A stretch of 64,000 bases of DNA from Octopus vulgaris (lineage: Eukaryota): contig OX597814.1 in assembly GCA_951406725.2 (NCBI GenBank), positions 123,566,001 to 123,630,000 of the forward strand, read 5' to 3'. The notes below the pieces were generated by a model. It had not been told where the DNA came from, did no database searches, and was given only the letters and a program-made list of their open reading frames with translations. The translations under genes were made by a program, and so were the position numbers. Positions 14,200-26,000 of this stretch are shown here, piece by piece. The stretch's first letter is position 1; each line of letters starts with the position of its first letter.

Positions 14200-15273
14200 C
14201 TGCAGAAAAAAATAAAGAAGTGAAATTTCATATATTTTAAACAATAGAATTAACATCCAACAGAAACTTTATATACATGTAGGTGTGTGAATATATATAG
14301 CTAGGAAACCATTTCACCAAGAGTTGTATGAAATGACAATGTAAAATAATTAAAATATTAAATTATTCCATGAAACTGCTTAATTCATAATGAATACTTC
14401 ATAAAATAAAATATTTTCCCACTGACTCCTAACAATTTCATTTAAGGAAAAAAAAAAAAGCTAATGTAGGAACCACCTGCAAAGAGAAACTAGAACTATA
14501 TTCTGCACAGGTTACTTACCAAATTTCATCAGAAGCACTAGCTGACCTCAGCCCAAACTATCACGCAATAATATTCAACTTAAAATGACATGGTTGCACA
14601 GTGAAATTTTTAACTACAAAATTATTCACACAAATCCTCATCAATAAATTCACAGTCACTTTGAAGATCTATAAACACACTTAGCTTAACTAGACATGGT
14701 GGAAGCTTGCAATATTGTTATTACTATATAGAATGGGCCGTTTTCTCAATATCAGCTAGCATTTGAAATTTGTTTTAAATGTGCAGCCACCCCCAATACT
14801 TTTTAACTGGTCAAGTTTAAAAAGAATTCCTTTGGTATTCTATACTGTAGAAAAATAAATCCATGATTATCTAAAACATCCCAACCCCCATTGGATACAT
14901 TTTCTATAGAGATGACGTAAAAAATAAACTTTTTAGCAGTGAAATATATTTTATAAAAATCATTCGTCATAAATCTTCAAAATAATCCTTTCTGCAGCCA
15001 TTCACAGTGATAAGATATAAGAACCATGGGAAAAATATATAAATTTTGTCCTTCAATGCAGACAGAGGACAGCAAAGTTTCCAGAGAATATGGACAGGTC
15101 AGATATATATATAGAAGTGGAGGGGAAGAGGGAGCTGTCATATAGAATTTTTCCACTCATTTGCCATAAGTTGCATTACTGAGGATACCTTGAGGAAAGG
15201 CATTAACATCACAACTTCAACACTAGTAAAGCTTTATACTTTGTAAAAAAAAATTTTTTAAACCAGCAGTTAA

Positions 15274-16624
15274 TCTCTATAAAGCTGAAATGTGAAAAAG
15301 TTTGTTTGTTTGGTTTTCGGATTGGAACGGGTTAAGGGGCACTAGATCGGGTCGGATTGGCTCCAAAATTTACAGGGACATGTAAAAAGAGGCAAGGAAG
15401 TGAGTGGGCTAGGTTAGAAATCCCTATCTCAGAAGCTGTGGTTACTAGGGCAAAACCCCCCACATTTTGACAAGTGTTTGTCGTTTCTCTCTTTCGCATA
15501 TCTGCCTGTCTTCCTCCGTCTCTCTCTCTCTCTCTCCTCCCTTCCCTTCACATTCTCTCTATAACGACGTTTGACAGCTTCCACTCTCTTTCCCTCGCCA
15601 CCTTCACCGGCCCTGTCACTCTTTCTCCTACCACCTCTCTCTCTTTGTACGTCTGTCTGCATTCATAGAGAGAAAGCGTTAACAGCCGCAAAAGTTTCAA
15701 TATTCCCGCTACAGGTCTTTTACAACGCTGAATTATTATCGTGCACCACCACCACACAATCATGAGAACAAACATTATGAATCATATTTATTGGGTTAAT
15801 TTCTGTGTGCGTGTGTATCTATATGTAATGCGTATATATGTACATATATATTTAATGCGTATGTATATATATATAACGGGAAGCTTTATGAAAATAGACA
15901 AAAGACGAAGGCAGGTTTACGGAAATAAACAAAAGACGAAGGCAAGTGGAATACAAACAAACAATTATAGTGTGCATTATGTTGTCAGATTGAGCTGAAA
16001 ATATGCACACCTATGTTTCCTCAAATGAAAGGCGTGACCTCTAGGACAAAATTCCTCATCTTTTAAAACGTGGCCCGAGTAGACCCGAATGAAATCGGGT
16101 TATATTAACCAAACAAGTAAAACAATGAAAAACTATGCCATTTTGATCCCAAGCAAGGCCGGGTAACTCTGTAAGTCTACTACATATTTGTGAAAAGGGC
16201 AGACGTTGTCTCACAAGCAGTTATACAGGCAAAAGTGTTAGTAAATATGGTCGGATTGAGCTGAAAATTTGCACACTTATGTTAAAAGTCCTGGTGAGTT
16301 TGGTCAATTAAAAGGTGTGGCCCCTAGGGCAAAATTCCTCATCTTTTAAAGTGTGGATCACGTAGACCCGAATGAAATCGGGTTATAATACCTAGCAAGA
16401 CCGGGTTTCTCTGCTAGGAAATCTAATTTTTTATAAATGGGAGAGAGAGAGCTAGAGAAAGATAAAGAGTAAGAGAAAGCGAGGGAGAGTCCGGAGAAAG
16501 GAAGAGTATGAGAGTGGGAAAATGAGAAAGAAGAGAGAAACAAAGAGGGAGAATGTGGCGATAAGAAACAGAAAGTAACAAACCACACACTCACCCGCGC
16601 GTAGAGCGGGTCACCTTAAGCTAG
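15274..16624 (+). mobile_element. Non-autonomous Helitron-like element in SQSTM1 intron 1
   Basis: A|TC 5' end; 3' GC hairpin acccgc-gcgtaga-gcgggt followed by CTAG|T; no TSD; internal duplications. Confidence 0.6.
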
Positions 16625-17236
16625 TTGTCAATATATCTGGCCTAAAATAAAGCTGAATTGCACAATTCCCATAAATCTCTCGGTCAAAATACATTCATTC
16701 AGAATTACTAATAAACGCAATTAGCTAGCACTGATTTTATATTATATATATATAGTGACATTCATTAACAGTCCTATTCACAATATGCTGCGAGTCCCAC
16801 TTGAGAAAAAAAACAACAACATTGTTGCCATATCAACGATTAGTACACATATCCACAAGATCATGTTCACACACAAACAAACCAATCGAGGGAATAAATA
16901 ATCGATGCCTTACATTTTGCAGGAAAGATGCATATCGACACTCCAGGTCTTTTTAACACATTGTATAAGAACAACTATGATCATTGACTTTTAGTCAAAA
17001 CAGTGAAAATACTGGTTTTGATATAAAAACTAATAGCATCTTAAAAATAAACAACATTACAACCCCCACCCCCAAACAATTAAAAATAAGATAACTAAAC
17101 GATATAAAGAAACCTCGGTCGATTATATTTTACTCTGAATTTAATTACAGAAAAACACTGACAAAATCCAAAGGTTTAGGTACTTTATTTAAATCTTCGA
17201 CATTACCAGACATACAGGATGTTGATCCCATATCAG

Positions 17237-17239
<3 letters not shown>

Positions 17240-17279
<40 letters not shown>

Positions 17280-17309
17280 TATGTACATATATATATATAC
17301 ACACACATT

Positions 17310-17359
<50 letters not shown>

Positions 17360-17360
17360 T
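17240..17360. repeat. (TA)n/(CA)n microsatellite (others at 21310-21366 AAT, 32163-32255 CAT, 34625-34690 TA, 36142-36182 TA)
   Basis: Direct inspection. Confidence 0.95.
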
Positions 17361-18421
17361 ACATTATGTATGTATATACATTTAGGTCAAACAAAAGGGT
17401 CTGACCCGGTCATAAAAACAAACAAACAAAAATAGTGTAATAAGTGTAAAACAACTTGCTCTAAACGAATATAACAAAAAAAAATGCGTGCTCGCGAAAG
17501 GGGAGGAGAGAACTCGGAAAATTCACAACGTGACTGTTCCGAAAGGGTCTGGCCTATACCCAAGAAATGGACTTGCTGTTTGTACTCAAGAAATGTGCAA
17601 CGCACATGTTATAATTATTTCTATAACATAATTATTTAAATGTATGTTAAAGAGAATTTAATGACAAACTGTCTGCATAAAGAATTTTAAAAAATGAAAA
17701 AGAGTGGCATGTATATATCTAATGTGAGGCGTTCAACAAATCTGCATTCGAAATGACCTCGTTTATTAAAATCTAGTTTTGAAAATTCGTTAACAAAAAA
17801 CACCCATTTGACGTTTTTAAAACCCTATAATTAAATCTCTCAACAATTCATTGACCCGAGTTTTTTAAAAATACATCAAGTAGTGTAGGTCATCAGAAAG
17901 ATGGAGGGTGAAGCGGAAAACAAAACCGTTTTACGAAAACAAACATTCGGCTATGCTTGGACAGTTTTAGTCATGACGCAGTTTGTTTAGCCCGGGGTCA
18001 ACCATTAAGAAGAACCTATGATCAAAGGCGTTTCAATCATGGCTATCCTGTATTTTGTGTGCCTTGGACTACATAGTCGAACGAGTCCTTCAACTTTTAA
18101 GAGAGCAGGATAGATTTGAGAGAAATTTGGTTGCTATGTTTAGCATATCGAGCGACCATGTTGCGGTTTCTGTTTTCAGTTTTAGCGTATCACATGATAT
18201 TATTATTATTTATGTTTCAGCTAATTTATATGGAGTAATAGAAAAAATAGGGACTTATTTAGCGGAGAAATTGATAAGTAAAGCTATGAAAACAAACGAA
18301 GATAATATTTAGAAGATGAAAAATATAACGGAAATCAATGGAAATTCTAAGAGAAAGAAGCCACCATATTGAAAACAGTTGTTAGAAATGGTAAAATAGC
18401 TGAGTATATTTTAGTTCTTAC

Positions 18422-18590
18422 CTTGCCAGTACAGAGTAAATTTGCCGTGAGAGAGACTCGGGAATACTTCACATACTTTCTTGAACAAGAGATCGAAGGT
18501 GAGCTGTTTAGGTACACTAAAACGACGAATCTCGTCGAAATTCTTTCCTTGGTCATCGGTAGATTTGTACGCTTTTATTGTCAACGACAT
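18422..18590 (-). CDS. SQSTM1: Sequestosome-1/p62 coding exon 1 (PB1 N-half)
   Basis: ATG at 18590 gives MSLTIKAYKSTDDQGKNFDEIRRFSVPKQLTFDLLFKKVCEVFPSLSHGKFTLYWQ, matching the p62 PB1 motifs (KAY, EIRRF). Donor G|GTAAGA, phase 1. Confidence 0.93.
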
Positions 18591-19161
18591 TTTGCGGTGG
18601 ACTTTGTGGAGATATTATCAAGGGAATTACTGCTTACAGCAATGTGTATCTGATCGAATGCTCCGTTATTTTCAAACTGAGTCCAGAAATGATTATGTGC
18701 AAACGTTAGTAGGTGTTGTTTATATAGCAACAATGACAACAGCAACAGAAGATTCTGGAGAACTGGTGACGTTTCTCTGCAATTTGCTATATCATTTCCA
18801 GCTCACGATCGGCTAAGATCGGCAATGATCGACGTCGATAGGTTAGCGAGGAAATACTATAAAACGAACTAGAAAAGTAAATAAATATTCGATTTAAAAC
18901 GGAAAAGTTATCTTAAATTATTTAAAGTACATTTATTAAATTAATTTAGTCAGAAAAATATCAACATAAAATCATACTACAATAAAGCCATTCCGTCAAA
19001 GGCCGTAGCATAACGTAAAATGCCGGAAATGAATTAAGCTGATTCATAAACAGGTTTTTCTTGTTCTTGGTTTTTCCCAATAGTTGGTGATGAAATATTT
19101 GTAAATTCAGTTGGTGATGAAATATTTGTTAATTCTGATCAAGATTTAACCTTTAATTATT

Positions 19162-19391
19162 CGAAGTTTCTCGAAATGTCTGGAATCTATATTTTGACTT
19201 GATGGCCTCACCAAATTCTTAAACCACAATTATATTTCATTTCACAATTTTCTTTTAGAATTGGCAAACTGACCATTTTTATTATTGTTTTTCTCTAGAT
19301 CAAATTAAATTCAATCTATTCACAAATCTCGCAGACATAAACAACTAGACATGACATGAATAAGCTAGAAGATTCCAGACATTTCGAGAAA
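19162..19391. promoter_or_regulatory. Two heat-shock-element arrays forming a 23-bp inverted repeat upstream of SQSTM1
   Basis: cGAAgtTTCtcGAAatgTCtgGAAt (19162-19186) and aGAAgaTTCcaGAcatTTCgaGAAa (19367-19391). Confidence 0.6.
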
Positions 19392-21325
19392 CGAAAATAA
19401 GTCCATTTTTTTTTTCTTTTGGCCCAGATGGTTTTCACAGAAATAAACAAACATTAAAACCCTCTGAGTTTCTAGCTATACTTTTATGCCATTACGAATA
19501 ATGCGATTGTTCTAATAATGATTTCTTTATTTATAATAACCAAATGCTTCTGTGGTTTCATTGGGAAAGACATGTTAGGAAGATGGCTGTTTTAGAATAT
19601 TTCCTTGGAAATATCACTAAACCAAGGATGGTGATAATAGTGAAACTTGTGTAAGGTATTGGTGGAACGGATGTGATGGTAGTGTTTATTGTATAAGTGG
19701 TGCGATGATGATGAAGGTGGGAAATTGGTGATAGACAAGTGTTATTGAAGAAGAGTTGGTCTTTGCCAAGGTGGGAAATTGGTGATAGACGTACAACAAA
19801 TGTTATTGAAGAAGAGCTGGTCTTTCTCTTCTCTTTTCACATCGTCACATTTAAGATGCTTTATGAGATATAATTCAACCCCAGTACTTAACAGGTACTT
19901 TGTTTTATCTTTCCTCCATCCACCTGAAGGATGAAATGTATCGTTGACTTCAGCTAAATTTGAACTCAAAACACTAGGAGTCGTAACTAAATATCGATGC
20001 GTTAACGATTCTGCCAATTTACCCCCATAGTAATAGCAAAGGTAGGCTGTAACATTGTTATTAATGTCGGTGGTAGTGCTGATGATAGTGATAGCACTTG
20101 CTAGTAGCGATGATGATAGTAGGGGAAATAATACTAGTAGTGGTAGTTATAATAATTACCACGTTAGTAGTGATGGTAGTAGTACTAGTGTTAATAGTAG
20201 TGGTAGTGATGATGTGATAGAAAGGCTATAAATGGTTAGTGGTTATGTGATAGAGCAGCGATGGCTATACTTAGTATTGGTCGTTGTGGTCATGTCTTAA
20301 TAGTGATTATGTAATAGCAGATGTGGTAATGGTGAAACTAGTAGTGTTGGTGGTGTTAATGATAATAATAGTGGTGATATTAGTGGTAGTGATAGTATCG
20401 ATGGTTGTGCTACCACTAATCTACTTCCAACGGAAAGTGTGTGATGTAGTGTTAAAACATTGGCTCGCAGTTATTTATCTTTCGAATTTATTTGTTTCAG
20501 TAATTGGAGTGCGGACATGCTGGAGCGCCGCCTTGGAGAGTTTAATCGAGCAAATCGACCCTACTACTCATATTTGAAACCATGGAACTTATTCTTTCCG
20601 TCGGCTGAACCGCCAGGTTATGGAGACATAAACAAACCAACAACGGTTGTCAAGCACTAGTGGGGGCAAACACGGAATACATAAATACACACATACTATA
20701 TGTATGTATGTCATTATTCAGTTTATTTCAAGATTTCTTGCCAATAGAGAAAGAACCGGTTTCTAATCTAGATCCAAGGTCCCTTCACTGGAATTTCAAC
20801 ATCAACAAGAGGTTATTTTTGTATGTATGTATGTATGTATACAATGAGCTTCTTTCAGTTTCTGTCTACCAAAATCCACTCACAAGGCTTTGGTAGTCCT
20901 GAAGCCATAGTAGAAAACACTCGCCCAAGGTACCACACAGTGGGACTGAACCCCAGGTCACATGGTTAGGGAGCAAGATCCTTCACCACACAGACACTCC
21001 TGCTCCTATTATTACACAGCTGTGCCATAAGTTTTTATTCAAACCATATAATGGCAGAAATCACATTTAAAATCTCCAGAGATAGTTGACATAAATAGAA
21101 AAATAATTATGGCAATAACAGAAGGAAAACTAACATTATTAGCATTTGTTTTCCCATAATGTGATTGGATGAAAAATGGGTAAAAATTCTAATATACGAG
21201 AAAGAAAACAAATGTACAATTGAGAATTAAAGATTAATTAGTATATTGTCTCTATTTTTAAAAAAATATTGAAAAATCAATCTCATGTAGATTACATGAC
21301 TTCCTTAACAATGATAATGATAATA

Positions 21326-21366
<41 letters not shown>

Positions 21367-22394
21367 GCCTTGTGCTGAGAGGTATTCTTTGAGGTTTGAA
21401 TAATTCACTTCTGGAAACATGAGTGTCGTTTAACATCCTCAAACAACCGTTATTCGAGGACCTTTTGAGCAGGATGGGTTACTCAACCTAAAGAAAATTC
21501 TAACTGGGCTCCACCTGCAAGGTCAGGCGCTGTTTATCTTGATATGAGATCACCATGTCGCGCACATATGGTTGTGATGCCTGATGTACCCTTATCAGAT
21601 GGGTAGTCATGATGGGTATTATTGGGCTTCATATGTTTTACCCCGGTGTCACTTTGATGGCATGTGCTGCTCTCTCATTCAATAATGATAATAATAATAA
21701 TAATAATAGTTTCAAATTCTGGCACAAGGCCTGCAGTTTCAGGGGTGGGGTTAAGTTGTTTACATTGACTCCAGTGTTCAACTGATACTTATTTTATCAA
21801 TCCCAAAAAGGATGAAAGGCAAAGTGGACTCCAGCAGGATTTAAATTCTGATAGTAAAGATGAATGATATTCTGTAGAGCATTTTGTTTGGTATGCTAAC
21901 GATTCTGCCTGCTCACCACCTTAATAATAATAATGATCCTTTCCACTATAGGCACAAGACCTGAAATTTTGAGGTAGGGTGCAAGCCAATTACATCGATG
22001 CCAATGTGTAACTAGTACTTAATTCATCAACCCTGGAAAGATGAAAGGCAAAGTTGACCTTGGCAGAATTTGAACTCAGAACAAAATGCTTAGTGGCATT
22101 TTGTCCAGCATGCTAACGATTCTGCCAGCTTGCTACCTTAATAATAATGATAATGATTTCAAATTTTGCCATTTTGCGGGAGGGGACTTGTAAATTATAT
22201 CAACCCCTGTGTTTCACTGGTTCTTAATTTATTGACCCTGAAAGGATGAAAAGCAAAGTTGATCTCGGCAGACTTTGAACTCAGAATGTGAACGCAGATA
22301 AAATACCACTAAGCATTTCACCCAGTGTGTTAATGATTCTGCAAGCCCACCGCCATAATAACAACAATAATAATAATATATGATTGGAAGTGTT

Positions 22395-23030
22395 ATCATG
22401 TACACGGTTTTATCATTGTGTAAAAAGACAAGCTGCAGCAAATATTCTGCTCAATACCACAGATTTTCTTGTCACTTGTTTGACCTTAACCGGTTGAGCT
22501 TGTCCCTTGGTGGCTGACGATATGTGCATCTCTGATCATGAGCAGAAGTAGTGGAGGAGCATCATAGCCATGTGGTGAGAGGAATTCTTGGGGTTTAAAG
22601 TATTCACCTCTGGAAACATGGGTGTTTTGTTCAACATCCTTAAACAACCCTTATTCAGGGGCTTTTTGAGTGAGATGGGCCACTCATCCTGAAGAAAATT
22701 CTAACTGGGCCATACCTGCAAGGTCATGTGCTGTTTATCTTAACATGAAATCGCCATGTCGCACACAGGTAATTATGATGGGTATATTGGGCTTCATATA
22801 TTTGTACCCAGGGGTGGACTGAGCTGTCAGTCAATTGGGCACTGTCCAAGGGCCTGGAGTTCTGAGGGGCCCACACTCAACATGTTAACTCTACTGATAT
22901 CAACACTAAGGGGCTCAGTAAACAATTATGCCTGAGGGCCCTTAATACTCTCAGTCCGCCCCTGTTTGTACCCAAGTGTTACTTTGATGGCATGTACTGC
23001 TCTCTCACTCAATAATAATAATAATAATAT
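22395..23030 (+). mobile_element. Retroposon 3' end with (AAT)n tail (second copy at 21367-21705)
   Basis: Two similar, differently truncated copies ending ...ctctctca(c/t)tc(aat)n, adjacent to (AAT)n tracts. Confidence 0.6.
22809..22964. mobile_element. hAT-type MITE with 8-bp TSD
   Basis: TIR caggggtggactgag / ctcagtccgcccctg; perfect TSD TTTGTACC on both sides. Confidence 0.85.
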
Positions 23031-26000
23031 GATGATGATGATAATGATGTTCAATGACAAGTTTAGCTTCAGTTAATAAACTAATGCATAAAGTATACCT
23101 CATCATCATCATCATCATCATGATCACCACCACCAAGAGCAAAAATGAATACAATAATAATGAAAGCAGTGAAAGTGAAAACAATAATTTAAGTGCATGT
23201 AGAAAGCACTGGTGCTGGTACCACATGAAGAGGATGTGGTACACTCTGTAAAGTGGTTGGCATTAAGAAGGGCATCCAGCAGTAGAAACCATGCTAAAAC
23301 AGACAAAGGAACCTGAGGCGGCTCCCGGCCTTGCCAGGTCCTGTCAAACTGTCCAACCCATGCTAGCAAGGAAAACAGGTGTTAAATGATGATGATGATG
23401 ACAATGACGACATTTCTTCAAAAGAATCTTCAAAAGTAAAAGAAAATAAAGCTGCTTGAATCAATGCAAATGTAGATAATTATGAAAAAAGCAAATCTAT
23501 ATAGATCATATGCAACCAATTTTTGTCTAACTTGGACAAGATTATATCGACATATCAAGCAATGTATGATACAGTAGTCATTTACTCTTTTACTTGTTTC
23601 AGTCATTTGACTGCGGCCATGCTGGAGCACCGCCTTTAGTCGAGCAAATCAACCCCAGGACTTATTCTTTGTAAGTCTAGTACTTATTCTATCAGTCTCT
23701 TTTGCCAAACTGCTAAGTTACATATACACACACATACATATATATACATATATACAATGGGCTTCTTTCAATTTCCATCTACCAAATCCACTCAAAAGGC
23801 TTTGGTCAGCCCAAGGCTATAGTAGAAGACACTTGCCCAAGGTGTCACACAGTGGGACTGAACCCAGAGCGATGTGGTTGGTAAGCAAGCTACATACCAC
23901 ACAGCCACTCCTGTGCCTATTTGTTGATACTCTCAACTTATCCTTCCATATATTTAAGTGCTTCTCTTAATCATTCATATCATTGTATAGGAGTTGATTC
24001 TATTTGTTAAAATGACTAATAACACTCAAATCATGGATGACAATTGAATTAATAACTCTTATTAAGCTTCACAATTTGATACAAATGTCTTTGTTTTCGT
24101 TTTCCTTTTGATATTCTAGAATTACTGATATATATACAAACTCAACAGTGAATAAACACTCTGTTAGGAGACACGAACACTAATACACACATGTACACGC
24201 ATGACAGTTACTTCTGCCTACCAAATTCAATCACAAACTCTGTGTAAGCCCATTATTCTGATTTCGAATATAGTCAAAGTCAGTTAAACCTCTAGTCTGT
24301 GATACTCTCAATTACTTACTTTGTTGCAGAGGTCTAATACGACAGAAAGATGTCCAGAGTTATCTCTGTTACTTGCCAACAACTATTAAAACATTAGTCA
24401 TTGATCGAATGACTTTTTCTCACTATGTAGGTGTGGCTGTGTGGTTAAGAAACTTGCTTCCCAACCACGTGATCTTGGGTTTGGTCACATTACATGGTAC
24501 TTTGGGCAAGTATCTTCTACTTACGGGGCTTGATCCAAGCCATGTAAGTGGATAGAAAGTGAAAGGATCCCTGTCAGTAGATAGAAAGTGAAAGGAGTCC
24601 ATTGTGAGTGTATATGTGCATATGTGTTGTGTGTTTGTGTGTGTCCTTGTCTTGACATCATTTGATGGTTGTAAATGAGCCTCACTGTCGTACAAGTGGT
24701 GTTGTTCATTTGCAGTATTCTGTGAAAACCATGTCTGGCCATGGAGAAATATTACCTTGCTTAGAAACAAGTAAGGGCTGGTTACAGAAAGGCCATCTGG
24801 CCATAGAAAATCTGTCTTGGCAAATTCTATTCTCTCTGACCCATGTAAGCACTGAAAAGTGGACATACATATGAATGTTTGTGTGTCTGTGTTTGTCCCC
24901 CTAACTTCGCTTGACAACCGATCCTGGTGTGTTTACGTCCCCGTAACTTAGCAGTTCGGCAAAAGACACTGATAGAATAAGTACTAGGCTTACAAAGACT
25001 AAGTCCTGGGGTCGATTTGCTCGACTAAAGGCGGTGCTCCAGCATGGCCACAGTCAAATGACTGAAATAAGTAAAACAGTAAAACATTCTGGTCTTCCAC
25101 CCTCTTCTCCAATCCTGTGAAAAAGAATACTGTGATCATGTGCTCTATTCTTCCTTCTCTGACTAATCTATAAAATATATTTCAGATAAGCATTGACGGT
25201 GGGGTTTTTCCCTGGGATATGCAATAACATTGTTATGACTAGATAATCATCATCATCATCATCATCATCATCGTTATTGTCATTTAACGTCCGCTTTCCA
25301 TGCTGGCATGGTTCATCGTCATTATTTAACACTAGCTGACCCCGTGCCATCAAAAATGACAGCTAATTGTAGTATTTTATATATAAAAAGGGTACAAAAA
25401 AGGTGAAAATAAAATCAAACAGTGATGCAATACCGTGAGAATATGTGTGTGTGTGTGTGGGGGGGCGTATGTGCATATGTATACATTTATATGTATGAGT
25501 AGCACAGTCTGCAGTGAACTTTGTCACAACCTGCTTCCTTCCTTTTTAAGTGTGTCTGTTTATATACATATATATGTATGTATGTATAAAAGTACATGTG
25601 TCTGTAATTCTATTTTCTGTGTATCTTTCTAAATAAATATACACAAACACATATACATTCACACAAATATATAAATATATTTTACACAAACACACACATA
25701 CACATACACATACACATTCCTCCCTTTTACAGGCACATAGAGTTGAAGCACTGTTTGATTTTTGTTTTACCGTTGACTTTTCACCATCCCACTTCCATCG
25801 GTGGATCACCCCCTCCTTTTTCATTTATATGTTGTGACAGAGAAATACACAAGAGTATTATTATAGTAGATTGTTATAGTAGAAAATACATGGCACTCTC
25901 TTTGCCACTTCCTCTCTCTCTCTCATTGCTATTACTTTCTCTCACTCCCTCTCAGTCATAGCTATTACTCTCACTACTTCTCCTTCACTGAATTACTATT

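Noticed and set aside
20060-20410. Val-rich hydrophobic ORF 20284-20577
   Set aside because: Degenerate GTA/GTG/GAT trinucleotide low-complexity DNA.
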